Source: an uncultured cyanobacterium (GTDB lineage Bacteria > Cyanobacteriota > Cyanobacteriia > Cyanobacteriales > CAWCAG01). From it: a stretch of 64,000 nucleotides of DNA. Positions 20,188 through 32,619 of this stretch are shown piece after piece. The stretch is taken from assembly GCA_963803805.1 (NCBI GenBank), contig CAWDOD010000005.1, positions 64,001 to 128,000 of the forward strand, written 5' to 3'. The translations under genes and the position numbers were made by a program. Numbering within the stretch: the first letter of the stretch is position 1; each line of letters begins with the position of its first letter. Under the pieces are notes generated by a model. The model had not been told where the DNA came from. It made no database searches and saw only the letters and a program-made list of their open reading frames with translations.

Positions 20188-23100
20188 ATGCTACAAATCA
20201 AGTCTATCATCACCAACATATCCAGGAAAACTCCCTTACGAACAGTTCTAATTGTTCCCTTTGTTGTCCAAATTTTCGCAGCAGTAGGATTAGTCGGCTA
20301 TCTTTCTTTTCGTAATGGGCAACGGGCTGTTGCTGATTTGGTCAATCAGTTAACCGCAGAAACCAGCGCCCGTATTGAACAGCACGTTATCAATTATCTC
20401 AACAAATCCCAGGATACCCTGTGGCTTAATCAGGGAGCCGTTCAAAGTGGTAACTTAGACCTTAATGACTTTGAAAAATTACGGCGTTATTTCTGGCAAG
20501 TAGTTCATGAAGGGGATTACGAGGGATATCTTTCCTATGGCAATGAACAGGGAGAATTTGTTGGTGTTGAGTATCGCGAAGATGCCACGGTTCAGCTTAA
20601 AATCAGAACCAGTGCCATTGCTCCTCAGCGAGAAACCTATTTATTAGATGAGCGAGGTGAGCCGAAAGAGCTATTAAAAGCTTCTGAATATGACCCCCGC
20701 ACTCGCCCTTGGTACAAAGCAGCTAAGGAGGCAAGAAAGGCTACCTGGAGTGAGATATATCCTTTCTTTTCTAGCAAAAATACCATCCTAGGAATTTCCC
20801 CTGTCTATCCTCTTTATGATGCTCAGGGTAAGCTATTGGGAGTGCTATGTATCAATGTTAGACTGACTAGGATTACGGATTTTATCAATCATTTATCTAT
20901 TAGCCCTAATGGACAAAGTTTTATTATGGAGCGATCAGGTGATTTGGTTGCTGGTTCAGAAATTCCTCAACCTTTCAAAATAATCGGTGAAGAGGAAGAT
21001 AGTGAAATTGAGAGAATTCCAGCCGTTGCCAGTGATAATCCTGTGGTTAAGGCAACAGCTCAACATCTCCTAGAAAGCTTTGGTGGCTTCGGAAATATTA
21101 AGGAGAGTGAACATCTAAAATTTCAAGTGGACGGAGCCTGGTACTATGTTCAGGTGCTACCAATTCAAGATGGGCGTGGCATAGACTGGTTAACAGTGGT
21201 AGTTGTGCCAGAGCAAGATTTTATGGGGGAAATTAATAAAAACGCCCATACAACCATCTTTTTGTGTTTAGCAGCTTTAGCCATAGCCACCAGCGTCGGC
21301 ATCATTACTTCTCGCTGGGTTATTGATCCTATTTTACGTCTCAATGCTTCTGCAAAGGCTATTGCCAAGGGAGAGTGGCAGCAAACCCCTGTTAGTAAAC
21401 GCTCCGACGAGTTAGGGGAACTAGCTACTTCCTTTAATAGTATGGCTCGGCAACTACAAGCTTCCTTTACCACCTTAGAAACCAAAAACCAAGCACTACA
21501 AGAGTTTGACCAACTCAAAGACGAATTTCTTGCCAACACTTCCCATGAACTACGTACTCCACTCAACGGTATGATTGGCATTGCAGAGTCGATGATTGAT
21601 GGTGCAATCGGGGAACTATCCTCACCACAAATGCAAAATTTGGCACTCATTGCTCAAAGTGGACACCGCTTAGCAACCTTAGTTAATGATATCCTCGACT
21701 TTTCCAAGCTTAGGCACAAGAACATTGAATTGCAGCTAAAACCAGTGGGTTTGCGAGCTATTGTTGAAGTTGTTTTGACCCTCAACCAAACCTTGTTAAG
21801 GGGGAGAGATATTCAACTCATCAACTCTGTACCTCTTGATTTACCGGCTGTGAAAGCTGATGAAAATCGTCTGCAACAGATTCTTCACAACCTCATTGGC
21901 AATGCTATTAAATTTACTGAACAAGGTTCTATAGAAGTTGACGCTGAACTCAAAAACGATAACCAAGACATTGCTATTACTATCTCGGATACAGGTATTG
22001 GCATCCCTACCAACAAACTAGACAGCATTTTCAGTTCATTTGAACAAGCTGATGGTTCCACTGCCAGGGAATATGGTGGTACGGGCTTAGGTTTAGCAGT
22101 GACGAAAAAGTTAGTGGAGTTGCATGGAGGGAAAATTTGGGTCAATTCTTCTGTGGGAGAAGGAGCGGAATTTCACTTTACTTTGCCTGTTTCCTCCTTA
22201 CAAGCTCCAGCTTATAGTATTGAATCAGCCTTAGCTACTCGCTTTGTTCCTAAACTACTAGATTCAGAACAGGTAGACATAAACAATAGTCTGCCATCCT
22301 TTCAGCAAAATGGCTTCAAAATTCTCATTGTTGATGATGAACCTGTTAATCTCCAAGTTCTCGTTAATCATCTATGCTTAGAAAATTATGTTATTACTCA
22401 AGCTAATAATGGTCAGGAAGCCCTTGCCGTCTTAGAAAATGGCTTGCGACCCGATGTTATTTTACTTGATGTCATGATGCCCAAAATGACAGGTTATGAA
22501 GTATGTACAGAAATTCGCAAAAAGTTCCCTGCCAACGAACTACCAATTTTAATGTTAACCGCTAAAAATCAGGTTAACGATTTAGTACAAGGATTGGGAG
22601 TAGGAGCGAATGATTATCTGACCAAGCCTATTAATAAAAATGAATTATTAGCACGTTTAAAAATTCACCTCGAACTAGCAAATATTAGCATAGCCTACGG
22701 TCGATTTGTTCCCCATCAATTTCTTGATTTCTTAAACAAAGAAAGTATTGTTGATGTGAAACTAGGAGATGAAGTAGAAAAAGAAATGTCGGTACTTTTT
22801 TCTGATATTCGTAACTTCACAAGTCTTTCAGAAAAAATGACCCCGGAAGATAATTTTAAGTTTATCAACGGTTTCTTTTCTCGCATGGAACCAGCAATCT
22901 TGGAAAATAATGGCTTTGTGGATAAGTATATTGGTGATGCAATTATGGCTTTGTTTAGTGGTTGTGCCGATGATGCAGTAAAAGCAGGGATTTCTATGTT
23001 AGAAAGGCTCAAGGAATATAACTTAACTCGGCAAAGACCAGACAGAGAGTCTTTAAGAATTGGTATTGGTATTAATACCGGTAATTTGATGCTAGGAACT

Positions 23101-23517
23101 GTAGGGGGAGAAAGTAGGATGGATGGGACGGTAATTAGCGATGCTGTTAATTTAGCTTCCCGTGTTGAAAGTATTACCAAAGATTATGGAGTTGCTTTAT
23201 TAATTACTCAAGCAACTTTTAGCCAATTAAAAAATTCTGATGATTATAATATCCGGATTATTGCTCAAGTTCAAGTCAAAGGTAAATCGCAAACTACTTT
23301 AGTTTATGAAGTATTTGATGCTGATCCTCCTCATATTAAAGCCCAGAAAGTAGCAACTAAAGAATTATTTGAAGAAGCGCGATCCCTCTATGAAAATAGT
23401 ACTTGGGGTGAAGCCGCAGAGTTATTTACCCGTTGTTTACAACAAAACCCAGAGGATAAGGTGGCACGAATTTATTTAGAACGTTGTGGGCAAGAGGGAT
23501 TAATAGTTAATAGCTGA
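20188..23517 (+). CDS. Membrane hybrid sensor: Cache-HAMP-histidine kinase-receiver-adenylate cyclase
   Basis: TM, YDPRTRPWY (Cache), DELGELATSFNSM (HAMP), SHELRTPL, NLIGNAIKFT, GGTGLGL, LLDVMMP, FSDIRNFT, DKYIGDAIM, DAVNLASR. Confidence 0.92.
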   Translation: MLQIKSIITNISRKTPLRTVLIVPFVVQIFAAVGLVGYLSFRNGQRAVADLVNQLTAETSARIEQHVINYLNKSQDTLWLNQGAVQSGNLDLNDFEKLRRYFWQVVHEGDYEGYLSYGNEQGEFVGVEYREDATVQLKIRTSAIAPQRETYLLDERGEPKELLKASEYDPRTRPWYKAAKEARKATWSEIYPFFSSKNTILGISPVYPLYDAQGKLLGVLCINVRLTRITDFINHLSISPNGQSFIMERSGDLVAGSEIPQPFKIIGEEEDSEIERIPAVASDNPVVKATAQHLLESFGGFGNIKESEHLKFQVDGAWYYVQVLPIQDGRGIDWLTVVVVPEQDFMGEINKNAHTTIFLCLAALAIATSVGIITSRWVIDPILRLNASAKAIAKGEWQQTPVSKRSDELGELATSFNSMARQLQASFTTLETKNQALQEFDQLKDEFLANTSHELRTPLNGMIGIAESMIDGAIGELSSPQMQNLALIAQSGHRLATLVNDILDFSKLRHKNIELQLKPVGLRAIVEVVLTLNQTLLRGRDIQLINSVPLDLPAVKADENRLQQILHNLIGNAIKFTEQGSIEVDAELKNDNQDIAITISDTGIGIPTNKLDSIFSSFEQADGSTAREYGGTGLGLAVTKKLVELHGGKIWVNSSVGEGAEFHFTLPVSSLQAPAYSIESALATRFVPKLLDSEQVDINNSLPSFQQNGFKILIVDDEPVNLQVLVNHLCLENYVITQANNGQEALAVLENGLRPDVILLDVMMPKMTGYEVCTEIRKKFPANELPILMLTAKNQVNDLVQGLGVGANDYLTKPINKNELLARLKIHLELANISIAYGRFVPHQFLDFLNKESIVDVKLGDEVEKEMSVLFSDIRNFTSLSEKMTPEDNFKFINGFFSRMEPAILENNGFVDKYIGDAIMALFSGCADDAVKAGISMLERLKEYNLTRQRPDRESLRIGIGINTGNLMLGTVGGESRMDGTVISDAVNLASRVESITKDYGVALLITQATFSQLKNSDDYNIRIIAQVQVKGKSQTTLVYEVFDADPPHIKAQKVATKELFEEARSLYENSTWGEAAELFTRCLQQNPEDKVARIYLERCGQEGLIVNS

Positions 23518-23583
23518 TACTAACTTAAACTTTGTACAATATTACTAATACCCTTGTTAAGCCTTGCAAAATATAGAGCAGAA

Positions 23584-25640
23584 ATGATCGAAAATCCTTT
23601 ATTAATTGGTTCGGGACTACCACCTTTTGAGCAAATTACACCAGAACAGGTAGTTCCGGCAATAACTCAACTTTTAACAGAATTAGAAACAGAACTTACT
23701 ACCTTAGAAGCAAATGTTACCCCTACTTGGTCTGGTTTAGTAGAACCCCTTACTCATATTGAAGAACGTTTACGTTGGACTTGGGGCATTGTTGGGCATT
23801 TAATGGGGGTGAAAAATAGCCCCCAGTTACGGGAAGCACAACAGCAAGTTCAGCCGGAAGTGGTAAAGTTTATTAGTCGGTTGAATCAAAGCAAACCTAT
23901 CTACGAAGCTTTTAAAGCCCTTGAAACAGGCAAAGACTTTAAATCTCTTCAACCTGCCCAAAAGCGTATTGTTGAAGCTGCTATCAAGGATGCAGAGCTT
24001 GCTGGCATTGCCTTAGAAGGGGAAAAGCGAAATCGCTTCAATCAAATTCAACTTGAACTTGCGGAGTTGGGGACGAAGTTTTCTAACCATGTTTTGGATG
24101 CCACCAAAACCTTTAGCCTAACCTTAACTACCCCTGAAGAAGTCGCAGGCTTGCCAGCAAGTTTGTTGAGTTTGGCTGCTCAAGCTGCAACCGAAGCAGG
24201 AGTTGAAGCAGCTACAGCAGAAAAAGCCCTTGGCGCATTACTTTAGATTATCCTAGTTATGTTCCTTTCCTTAAATATAGTCAGCGTGGGGATTTAAGGG
24301 AGAAACTATATAAAGCTTTTGTTAGTCGCGCTTCAGAAGGAGAATTAGATAATAATCCTCTGATTCAACGTATCTTGGAGTTACGCCAAGAAAAAGCTAA
24401 CTTACTCGGATTTTCTAGCTATGCTCAATTAAGTTTAAGCAAAAAAATGGCTCCCGATGTAGCAGCAGTAGAAAAACTCTTAGAAGAGTTACGGCAGGTT
24501 AGTTATGAAGCAGCAAAGGCAGAGTTTGCTGATTTGCAAAGCTACGCTGGCAAAGAAGAATTGCATCATTGGGATATTAGCTATTGGGCCGAAAAACAAC
24601 AGGAAGAGAAGTTTGCTTTTAATGAAGAAGAATTACGCCCCTACTTTCCCTTACCCCAAGTATTAGAGGGTTTATTCAATTTAAGTAAGCATCTTTTTGG
24701 TATCACTATTACCCCCGCCGATGGGCAAGCCCCCCTGTGGCACGAAGATGTACGTTATTTTCAAATTGCTAACGAAACAGGAGATGCGATCGCCAGCTTT
24801 TACCTCGATCCTTATAGTCGCCCTAGTGAGAAACGCGGTGGCGCCTGGATGGATGAGTGTTTAACCCGTGCCAAACTCCATGATGGACTACGCTTACCCG
24901 TTGCTTATTTAGTTTGCAACCAAACTCCCCCAGTAGCTGACAAACCTAGCTTAATGACTTTTAATGAAGTAGAAACCCTCTTCCACGAATTTGGCCATGG
25001 TTTGCAACATATGCTCACCCAAGTAGACTATCCGGGGGCAGCAGGGATTAACAATGTCGAATGGGATGCGGTGGAATTGCCGAGCCAATTTATGGAAAAT
25101 TGGTGTTATCATCGCCCTACCCTGTTTGGTATGGCGAAGCATTACGAAACAGGGGAAACCTTGCCAGAGCATTATTACCACAAACTAAAAGCAGCTAAAA
25201 ATTATCGGAGTGGTACAGCAATGTTGCGCCAACTCTACTTTAGTAAGTTGGATCTAGAATTGCATCACCGCTATGAACCTCAAGGTAAAGAAACTCCCCA
25301 AGATGTTAGAAACCGGGTAGCCCAAACTACCACAGTTTTACCTCCTTTACCAGAAGACTCTTTTCTTTGTGCTTTCAGCCACATTTTTGCTGGGGGCTAT
25401 GCCGCTGGGTACTATAGCTATAAATGGGCAGAAGTGCTTAGTTCTGATGCTTTCGCTGCTTTTGAAGAAGCAGGGCTGAGTAATGATAGTGCGATCGCTG
25501 CTATCGGCAAACGTTTTCGAGATACAGTCTTGGCATTAGGAGGTAGCATTCATCCTTTGGCAGTTTTTCAAGCTTTTCGAGGGCGAGAACCTCAAACTGA
25601 ACCTTTGTTAAGACATAGTGGGCTAGTTATTGCCAATTAG
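23584..25640 (+). CDS. prlC: Oligopeptidase A (M3 metallopeptidase), split by one frameshift
   Basis: NPLL start, HEFGHGLQH, ELPSQFMENW, GYYSYKWAE. One extra base at ~24226 restores KGPWRITLDYPSY. Confidence 0.9.
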
Positions 25641-25924
25641 TTGTTTATACTAGAACTAGGCTGGGTTAGTATTTTACCTTTAAACATATATACTTAAGGG
25701 CGAGTTGTTCTCTACAAAAGTTAAGAATTTAGTAAAAGGAGCCTTTTAACTTACCAATCATTTTGGCAAGAGTTGTGTCAAACAGCTAAAGTATGTATTA
25801 ACCTAACTTGTGGGACTGTATTTAATTGGCAATAAACAAATTAGTTAGAAATAATTAATTGATTTAGTAGAGTAGTTACATCTGCTTCTTTCCTCTTTGC
25901 TCCTTTAATCAAAAATAACTTACC

Positions 25925-28900
25925 ATGCAGCCGCGCCCTCCTTCTCCCGCTTTGCCTGCATTAGAAAATCTCATTAACTATAAGGCTTTTGTAGCACTTC
26001 CTACTACTTTAGTAACTGAAGTTTTACCTGCCTTAGCCAGAACAGTTAACGACTCTCATTTAGACTCAAAAGTATTAGAACAAGCGGGCAGTAATTGCGT
26101 TATTGTCCAATCCCAGGAAAGCTTTCTAGGTATTTTGACTGGACGGGATCTAGTACGTCTGGTAACTAGTAAGAAAAATTGGCAAACAGTAGAAATTAAT
26201 GAAATTGTCAGCCAATGTCCAGTTCCTTTTACCTTAACTCCTGGTTGTGATCTCTTTACGATCTTGGCAGTATTGAGCAAAAGAAAAATTCGCCATTTGC
26301 CTGTAATAGAGGAAGATAGGCAGCGGGTAGGAATCATTAGCCTTGATCATCTTTATCCCTTACTTCCATCTGAGTTGATGACAGAACGTAGGGTTACTGA
26401 AGCTATGGTAACTCCATTAGTGACCATATCCCCTACTACTTCTTTGCTTGATATTGCTCAGCTAATGGTAACGAACTTGGTGAGTTCGGTGGTGGTTGTT
26501 GAAGAAAAAGAAGGAGAAAAGATACTTCGCCCTTTGGGGGTAATTACCGAACAAGACTTAACTCAATATCTTCATTTGGGGGTCAATTTCTCAACCCTGG
26601 AAGCCCAAAGGGTAATGAAAACAGCCTCATCTTTTCTCCAGCCCCAAGACTCACTCCAGAAAGCTTACCAAGAAATGCAACAGCAAGAATCCCAGTATCT
26701 GGTAGTGGTGAACGAAGAAGGGGCTTTACAGGGAGTAATTACCCAAATGAGCTTGCTAGGTTCTTTAGAATTTGTTGAAGTTTCTAACTTAGTTGAAGTT
26801 AAGCAAAGTCAAATAGAAGCAATAAATCAACGCTTAGAACAAGAAATAAATCAACGCCAAGCCTCAGAAGCAAACTTCCGCGAACAACAAATTCGCCTGG
26901 AATTAATTAATAGCATCGCCTTGAATGTGACAGCGGATATGTCCTGGGAAGAAATTACGGCTTATACAGTAAAACAAGTTAGCGATTATTTCCCTTATCT
27001 ACGAGTTGACTATTCTACCATTGATCAGCACAACAAAATTACAATCATCAACTCCGCAGGACTAGAAGAGTTGCCACCCATAGTAGGTACTGTGGTTGAC
27101 CTTTCCTTTGCTCCCAAATATCTACAAGCTTTAAAAAACGACGAATTAGTTGCGATCAATAATGTTAGAACTAATTCTCCTTTAGAACCTCTTTTAGAGC
27201 AACTCTGCGCCACAGCCATCAATTCCCTTCTAGATATTCCTATTTTTCATGGTCAAGGCTTAATCGGCTTATTAAGTTTTTCTAGTCCTACTAGCCATTT
27301 TTGGAGTGAGGGAGAAAAGAAAACTCTCCATTCTGTAGCAGATTGGCTAGCATTCGCCCTCAAACAAGCCCACTCTCAACAAGAAAAACAGAAAACAACA
27401 ACTCAACTTAACTCTACTGCTTCTCGACTCACCGCCTTAATTGAAAATCTCCAAAGCGGAATTTTGGTAGAAGATGAATTCAGAAAAATTGCCCTGGTCA
27501 ATGAAAAATTCTGCGAACTATTTGCTATTAATGCTAATCCTCAAGACCTTATTGGTATTGATTGTAGCAATGCTGCCCAAGAGAGTAAACACTCATTTGC
27601 CCATCCAGAACAGTTTGTTGAACGGGTACAACAAATAATTAACCAACGCCAGATTGTAGTTAATGAAGAAATAGCCTTTGCAGATGGCCGAGTAATGGAA
27701 CGGGACTATATCCCTATTTTCATTAGTGATCGCTTCGGTGGGCATTTGTGGAAATACAAAGATATTAGTGATCGCGTCCGTGATCGCCGGGTACTTCAGC
27801 AGCAACTCCAACAAGCTGTACTAATCAAAAATATCACCACAGAAATTCGCCAAAGTTTAGATCCAGAACAAATCTTTCAAATCACAGTTAAGCAAATTGG
27901 TCAAGCTTTTGGAGTAAGTCGTTGTTTGCTCCATACTTATAAAGCTATTCCTAACCCAGAAATTCCTATAGTTGCCGAATACTTAGAGGGAGACTATGCC
28001 TCTTTAGCCCAAACCAAAATTCCTATAGCCAATAATGCCCATGCCCAAGCAGTTTTGGCCCAAGAGGGAGCTATTTCTTCTCCTGATGTTAGTGTAGATC
28101 CTTTACTACAACCCATGCAGCATCTTTGCCAACACCTTAGTGTTAAATCCCTGTTGGCTATTCGTACCTCCTATCAAGGAGAAGCTAATGGCATTTTAGC
28201 CCTTCACCAGTGCGATCGCTTTCGTAGTTGGAGTAATGAAGAAATTAAGTTACTTGAAGCTGTCGCTGCCCAAGTAGGCATTGCCTTAGCCCAAGCCCAT
28301 TTATTAGAGCAGGAAAAACGGCAAAGAGAAATCCTAACAGAACAAAACTTTGTCTTAGAAAGGCTTATTAATGCTGCTGAGCAAGCTAACCGGGCAAAAA
28401 GTGAGTTTCTGGCAATGATGAGCCATGAGATTCGTACTCCCATGAATGCGGTTATTGGCATGACGGATCTTTTACTAGATACCGACTTGACTTACCAGCA
28501 AAGAGACTTTAGCCAAACTATCCGTAGTAGTGGAGAAGCCTTGTTAGGTATCATTAATGATATTCTCGACTTTTCCAAGATTGAAGCAGGGAAACTCGAC
28601 TTAGAAGAAGAACCTTTTAATTTAAGAACCTGTATTGAGGAATCTTTGGATATTGTTGCTCCTAAAGCAGCGAAAAAAGACCTTAAACTAGCCTACCTGA
28701 TTGATCGGGGTACACCAGAAAATATTATTGGCGATATTACTCGTATTAGACAAATTTTTGTCAACCTTTTAGGCAATGCTGTCAAATTTACAGAAAAGGG
28801 AGAAGTAACTATCTCTGTCATTGCTAGAAGGTTGGATACAGGAGTTGATAGTGCTGTTGCTAGCCCAGACGAAGATTTGAGTACCCATAAATATGCCATT

Positions 28901-30379
28901 CGCTTTGAAGTTAGAGATACCGGTATTGGTATCGCCGCAGATCGTTTAGGCAGCTTGTTTAAACCTTTTAGTCAAATTAGTTCTTCCATTAGCCGCCATT
29001 ACGGAGGAACAGGACTAGGGCTAGCTATTTCTCAGCGTTTATGTGAAATGATGGGGGGAAGAATTTGGGCAGATAGTGATGTCGGCAGAGGTTCTACTTT
29101 TTATTTTTCTATAGTTACTGAGTCAGTGGGTGATAATACTTCAACTTCACAAGAAAACTCTTTACTAGCTCAAAAACGCCTCTTAATTGTTGAACCCCAC
29201 CAAATTAATCGAGATAACCTCACTATCCAAGCCCAATCTTGGCAAATGGATACCATCGCTGTTGCCTCAACCGAAGAAGCTTTAGAGCTATTAAAACAGC
29301 AAAAAATTGATGTGGCGGTATTTGATCGACAAATGCCAGGAATTGCTCAGCAAACTTTAGCAGAATCAATTCACCAGCAACCTAAGTATCGCGAATTACC
29401 CTTAATTTTATTAAGCAATATTGCTCAACAAGAAACCCCTGAACTTCAGGTTAATGCTCAAGCCATCTTTTCAGTGATTAAGCCTGTTAAAAAATCCCAG
29501 CTATACTACAGCTTAATTGAAGCTTTTCGCGGTAAACCTCCGGTGGTAAAGAAAAACCCCAAACACTCTTTATATCTTGATGCTGAAATGGCGATTAAGC
29601 ATCCTCTGAATATTTTAGTAGCAGAGGATCACTCCGTTAACCAAAAAATGGCTCTTTTGATTTTACAAAGATTGGGTTATCAAGCTGATCTTGCTGCTAA
29701 CGGACTTAAAGCCTTTGAAGCTGTGATGAAGAAGAGTTATGATGTCATACTCATGGATGTCCAAATGCCGGAGATGGATGGTTTAGAGGCTACTGCCCGC
29801 ATTCGCCAAGAATTACCAGAAGCTCAAATACCGAGAATTATCGCCCTAACAGCAAGCGCCATGCAAGGAGATCAAGAAGAATGCTTAGCTGCTGGTATGG
29901 ATGATTATATTAGCAAGCCCATTAGGATTGAAGAATTAGTTAAAGCTTTATATAAATGTCCGTCTTTTCAAGAAAATTCAGCAATATTACCTGAATCAAG
30001 TAATTCTGCACCAGAATCTGAATCTCCAGTAATTAATGCCGAGGCTTTAGAAGAAATCAAATATATGGCAGGAGAAGATGCTGCTGAGTTTTTGGTGGAA
30101 ATGATTGATTGTTATTTAGGGGAATCCCCTGAATTCATGGCAGCTATTGAAAAAGCTATTTCTGAAGGTGATGCTAAGGCTTTACGCAATGCTGCTCATT
30201 CTTTCAAATCTAACAGTGCTACCCTAGGAGCTACAAAATTAACTCAACTCTGTAAAGAGCTAGAATTGATGGGTAAAGTTGGTACAACTGCTGGAGGCGC
30301 AGATAAATTAAGCCAACTGCAAATTGAGTATGACAAAGCTAAGCTCGCTTTAGAAGAGGAACGGCAAAAATATTCATGA
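25925..30379 (+). CDS. Cytoplasmic hybrid histidine kinase: 4xCBS-GAF-PAS-GAF-HisKA-HATPase-REC-REC-Hpt
   Basis: CBS motifs ([28 protein letters not shown]), [41 protein letters not shown]. Confidence 0.92.
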   Translation: MQPRPPSPALPALENLINYKAFVALPTTLVTEVLPALARTVNDSHLDSKVLEQAGSNCVIVQSQESFLGILTGRDLVRLVTSKKNWQTVEINEIVSQCPVPFTLTPGCDLFTILAVLSKRKIRHLPVIEEDRQRVGIISLDHLYPLLPSELMTERRVTEAMVTPLVTISPTTSLLDIAQLMVTNLVSSVVVVEEKEGEKILRPLGVITEQDLTQYLHLGVNFSTLEAQRVMKTASSFLQPQDSLQKAYQEMQQQESQYLVVVNEEGALQGVITQMSLLGSLEFVEVSNLVEVKQSQIEAINQRLEQEINQRQASEANFREQQIRLELINSIALNVTADMSWEEITAYTVKQVSDYFPYLRVDYSTIDQHNKITIINSAGLEELPPIVGTVVDLSFAPKYLQALKNDELVAINNVRTNSPLEPLLEQLCATAINSLLDIPIFHGQGLIGLLSFSSPTSHFWSEGEKKTLHSVADWLAFALKQAHSQQEKQKTTTQLNSTASRLTALIENLQSGILVEDEFRKIALVNEKFCELFAINANPQDLIGIDCSNAAQESKHSFAHPEQFVERVQQIINQRQIVVNEEIAFADGRVMERDYIPIFISDRFGGHLWKYKDISDRVRDRRVLQQQLQQAVLIKNITTEIRQSLDPEQIFQITVKQIGQAFGVSRCLLHTYKAIPNPEIPIVAEYLEGDYASLAQTKIPIANNAHAQAVLAQEGAISSPDVSVDPLLQPMQHLCQHLSVKSLLAIRTSYQGEANGILALHQCDRFRSWSNEEIKLLEAVAAQVGIALAQAHLLEQEKRQREILTEQNFVLERLINAAEQANRAKSEFLAMMSHEIRTPMNAVIGMTDLLLDTDLTYQQRDFSQTIRSSGEALLGIINDILDFSKIEAGKLDLEEEPFNLRTCIEESLDIVAPKAAKKDLKLAYLIDRGTPENIIGDITRIRQIFVNLLGNAVKFTEKGEVTISVIARRLDTGVDSAVASPDEDLSTHKYAIRFEVRDTGIGIAADRLGSLFKPFSQISSSISRHYGGTGLGLAISQRLCEMMGGRIWADSDVGRGSTFYFSIVTESVGDNTSTSQENSLLAQKRLLIVEPHQINRDNLTIQAQSWQMDTIAVASTEEALELLKQQKIDVAVFDRQMPGIAQQTLAESIHQQPKYRELPLILLSNIAQQETPELQVNAQAIFSVIKPVKKSQLYYSLIEAFRGKPPVVKKNPKHSLYLDAEMAIKHPLNILVAEDHSVNQKMALLILQRLGYQADLAANGLKAFEAVMKKSYDVILMDVQMPEMDGLEATARIRQELPEAQIPRIIALTASAMQGDQEECLAAGMDDYISKPIRIEELVKALYKCPSFQENSAILPESSNSAPESESPVINAEALEEIKYMAGEDAAEFLVEMIDCYLGESPEFMAAIEKAISEGDAKALRNAAHSFKSNSATLGATKLTQLCKELELMGKVGTTAGGADKLSQLQIEYDKAKLALEEERQKYS

Positions 30380-30444
30380 TGAGTATATACCTCTTGTGTT
30401 CCCTAATCTCTATTTCCTATCCTTGAAAGCTAAATTTTCTACCC

Positions 30445-31425
30445 GTGACAAGTACAACTAATCAAAGCCAAAGGCAACCCCTCATCATGGTTGTGGATGA
30501 TGAGAAATTAATCAGGATGCAACTACGCCAAGCTATTCACAGGGAAGGTTATCAAGTTGTTGAAGCTCATAATGGTCAGCAATGTCTTACTATGTACAAT
30601 GAGCTACATCCGGATCTGATTCTTTTAGATGCGATAATGCCGGTTATGGACGGTTTTACCTGCTGTCAAGAATTACAAAATGTTAGCAAGGGTTCCCGAA
30701 CACCAGTGCTGATTATTACTGGCTTAGAAGATCAAGAATCTGTGGATCGGGCTTTTGAAGCAGGGGCTACAGATTTTATTACTAAACCTGTACGCTGGGC
30801 TGTACTACGCCAAAGAATTCGACGCTTGATTAATCAGGCTTATCTTTATCAACAACTAGAAGAAACTAACTACGCTTTAGAACGTTTAGCTTCTTTGGAT
30901 GGTTTAACTCAAATTGCTAACCGCCGTCGTTTTGATGAGTTTATAGAAATAGAATGGCAGAGAATGATGCGGGAACAAAAACCTCTTTCTGTAATTCTTT
31001 GCGACCTAGATTTTTTCAAAGCTTATAATGATATTTACGGCCATCAAGCTGGAGATGATTGTTTACGTCAAGTAGCTCTGGCTTTACAAGATTCTGCTCA
31101 ACGTTCTTCAGATTTAGTGGCTCGTTATGGTGGAGAAGAATTTGCTGTTGTTTTACCAAATACTGATGGACAGGATGCAGTTAAGGTAGCAGAAAAAATC
31201 CGTAGAAAAGTAGAGCAGTTAAAGATTAAACACCAAGGTTCTTCAATTAGTTCTTTTATCACCATGAGTTTAGGAGTCGCAACAACTATTCCTTCTCTAC
31301 AAGCTAACTGGGAGCAAATGTTGCGGGATGCGGATCAAGCTCTTTATCAAGCTAAGGATAGAGGCAAAAATAATGTTGTTTTCCGAACTCCAGTAGTACT
31401 ATTACCAATATCTAATTTGCAATAG
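30445..31425 (+). CDS. Response-regulator diguanylate cyclase (REC-GGDEF)
   Basis: MVVDDE..LLDAIMP..TKP receiver; DGLTQIANRR, RSSD I-site, ARYGGEEF. Confidence 0.93.
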   Translation: MTSTTNQSQRQPLIMVVDDEKLIRMQLRQAIHREGYQVVEAHNGQQCLTMYNELHPDLILLDAIMPVMDGFTCCQELQNVSKGSRTPVLIITGLEDQESVDRAFEAGATDFITKPVRWAVLRQRIRRLINQAYLYQQLEETNYALERLASLDGLTQIANRRRFDEFIEIEWQRMMREQKPLSVILCDLDFFKAYNDIYGHQAGDDCLRQVALALQDSAQRSSDLVARYGGEEFAVVLPNTDGQDAVKVAEKIRRKVEQLKIKHQGSSISSFITMSLGVATTIPSLQANWEQMLRDADQALYQAKDRGKNNVVFRTPVVLLPISNLQ

Positions 31426-32551
31426 TTTTCCCTATGGCTAAAACTGCATTTTGTCCCCCAAAACCAAAACTAAAACATAGGGAGTTTTGAAAATTGCCTT
31501 GCTGTGGTTGAGTTAGTAGATTTAAAGCAAACTCAGACTCCTTTAAACCCACGCAAGGAGGTAAAATCTGTTGTTTTAAAGCGATTAGACTAAAGGCTGT
31601 ACCAATTGCTCCTGAAGCCCCTAAAGTATGGCCAGTAGACCCTTTTGTTGAACTTACTGCAACCCTTTGAGGAAAGACTTTCTCAATCAACCTTGCTTCG
31701 TTGCTGTCATTAAGTTCAGTACTTGTACCATGAGCATGGATGTAATTAATATCTTGAGGAAAAAGATTACTATTGTGCAAACATCGCTTAATGGCAGAAA
31801 TACCGCTACTACCGTCGGGGTTAGGGGCTGAAATATGATAACCATCAGCAGTTAAACCAAAACCTAAAATTGTCCCGTAAACTTTCGCCCCTCTTTCCCT
31901 AGCTAACTTTCCTGTTTCTAAAACTAAAACTGCCCCTCCTTCCCCCAAAGCTAAGCCCTCTCTCAAGAGATCAAAAGGATAGCAACCCGTTTTAGCTAAA
32001 GCACCCATTTTCTCAAATCCAGCGAGGGTTAAGGGGGTAATGGGTGCTTCTACTGCCCCGGCAATAACCCTTTGACATTCCCCAGTTTGAAGTAACTCCC
32101 AAGCCCTGGCGATCGCCCAAATTCCCGTTGCACAAGCAGCCATTGGTGCAAGTACTTGTGCTTGGGAACCAATCTTAATAGCCGTGGCGATCGCAGCTTG
32201 GTGGGGCAAAGTATCTAGCCAGTTACTTAAATCTGGGGATTGCTCTTTGAGTAACTTTTCCCAAACCCCCTGACAGCCACGACTAGAACCCACTACCACC
32301 CCACAGTCTGTTAAAGGAGGAGTAAGTTCTGCATCTTCGATTGCCGCATCAACAATTAACTGAGTTAAAGGAATTAACTGCGCCGGAGTTTCACCAATCA
32401 AACCCAAAGGTAGAGGCCTAATTTCCCGGAAAGGTTGTTGTAGTTTAACTGCACTTTCCCCAGCTAATAAACGCTGCCAACTAGTATTCAAGGAACCTAA
32501 AGCAGAAATTAAACCAATACCAGTAACAACAACTTCCGTTTTTGCCATCAA
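31412..32551 (-). CDS. Beta-ketoacyl-ACP synthase, FabF-like paralogue
   Basis: VVVTGIGLISALG, AACATG catalytic Cys, HAHGTST, KGSTGHTLGA, SFGFGGQN. Confidence 0.88.
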   Translation of the reverse strand: MMAKTEVVVTGIGLISALGSLNTSWQRLLAGESAVKLQQPFREIRPLPLGLIGETPAQLIPLTQLIVDAAIEDAELTPPLTDCGVVVGSSRGCQGVWEKLLKEQSPDLSNWLDTLPHQAAIATAIKIGSQAQVLAPMAACATGIWAIARAWELLQTGECQRVIAGAVEAPITPLTLAGFEKMGALAKTGCYPFDLLREGLALGEGGAVLVLETGKLARERGAKVYGTILGFGLTADGYHISAPNPDGSSGISAIKRCLHNSNLFPQDINYIHAHGTSTELNDSNEARLIEKVFPQRVAVSSTKGSTGHTLGASGAIGTAFSLIALKQQILPPCVGLKESEFALNLLTQPQQGNFQNSLCFSFGFGGQNAVLAIGKTIAN

Positions 32552-32619
32552 TTACAGACTACAAATGCTTAATAAGTAATAAATAATATCTTCTTTACTT
32601 ATTACTTATTACTTCCCCC

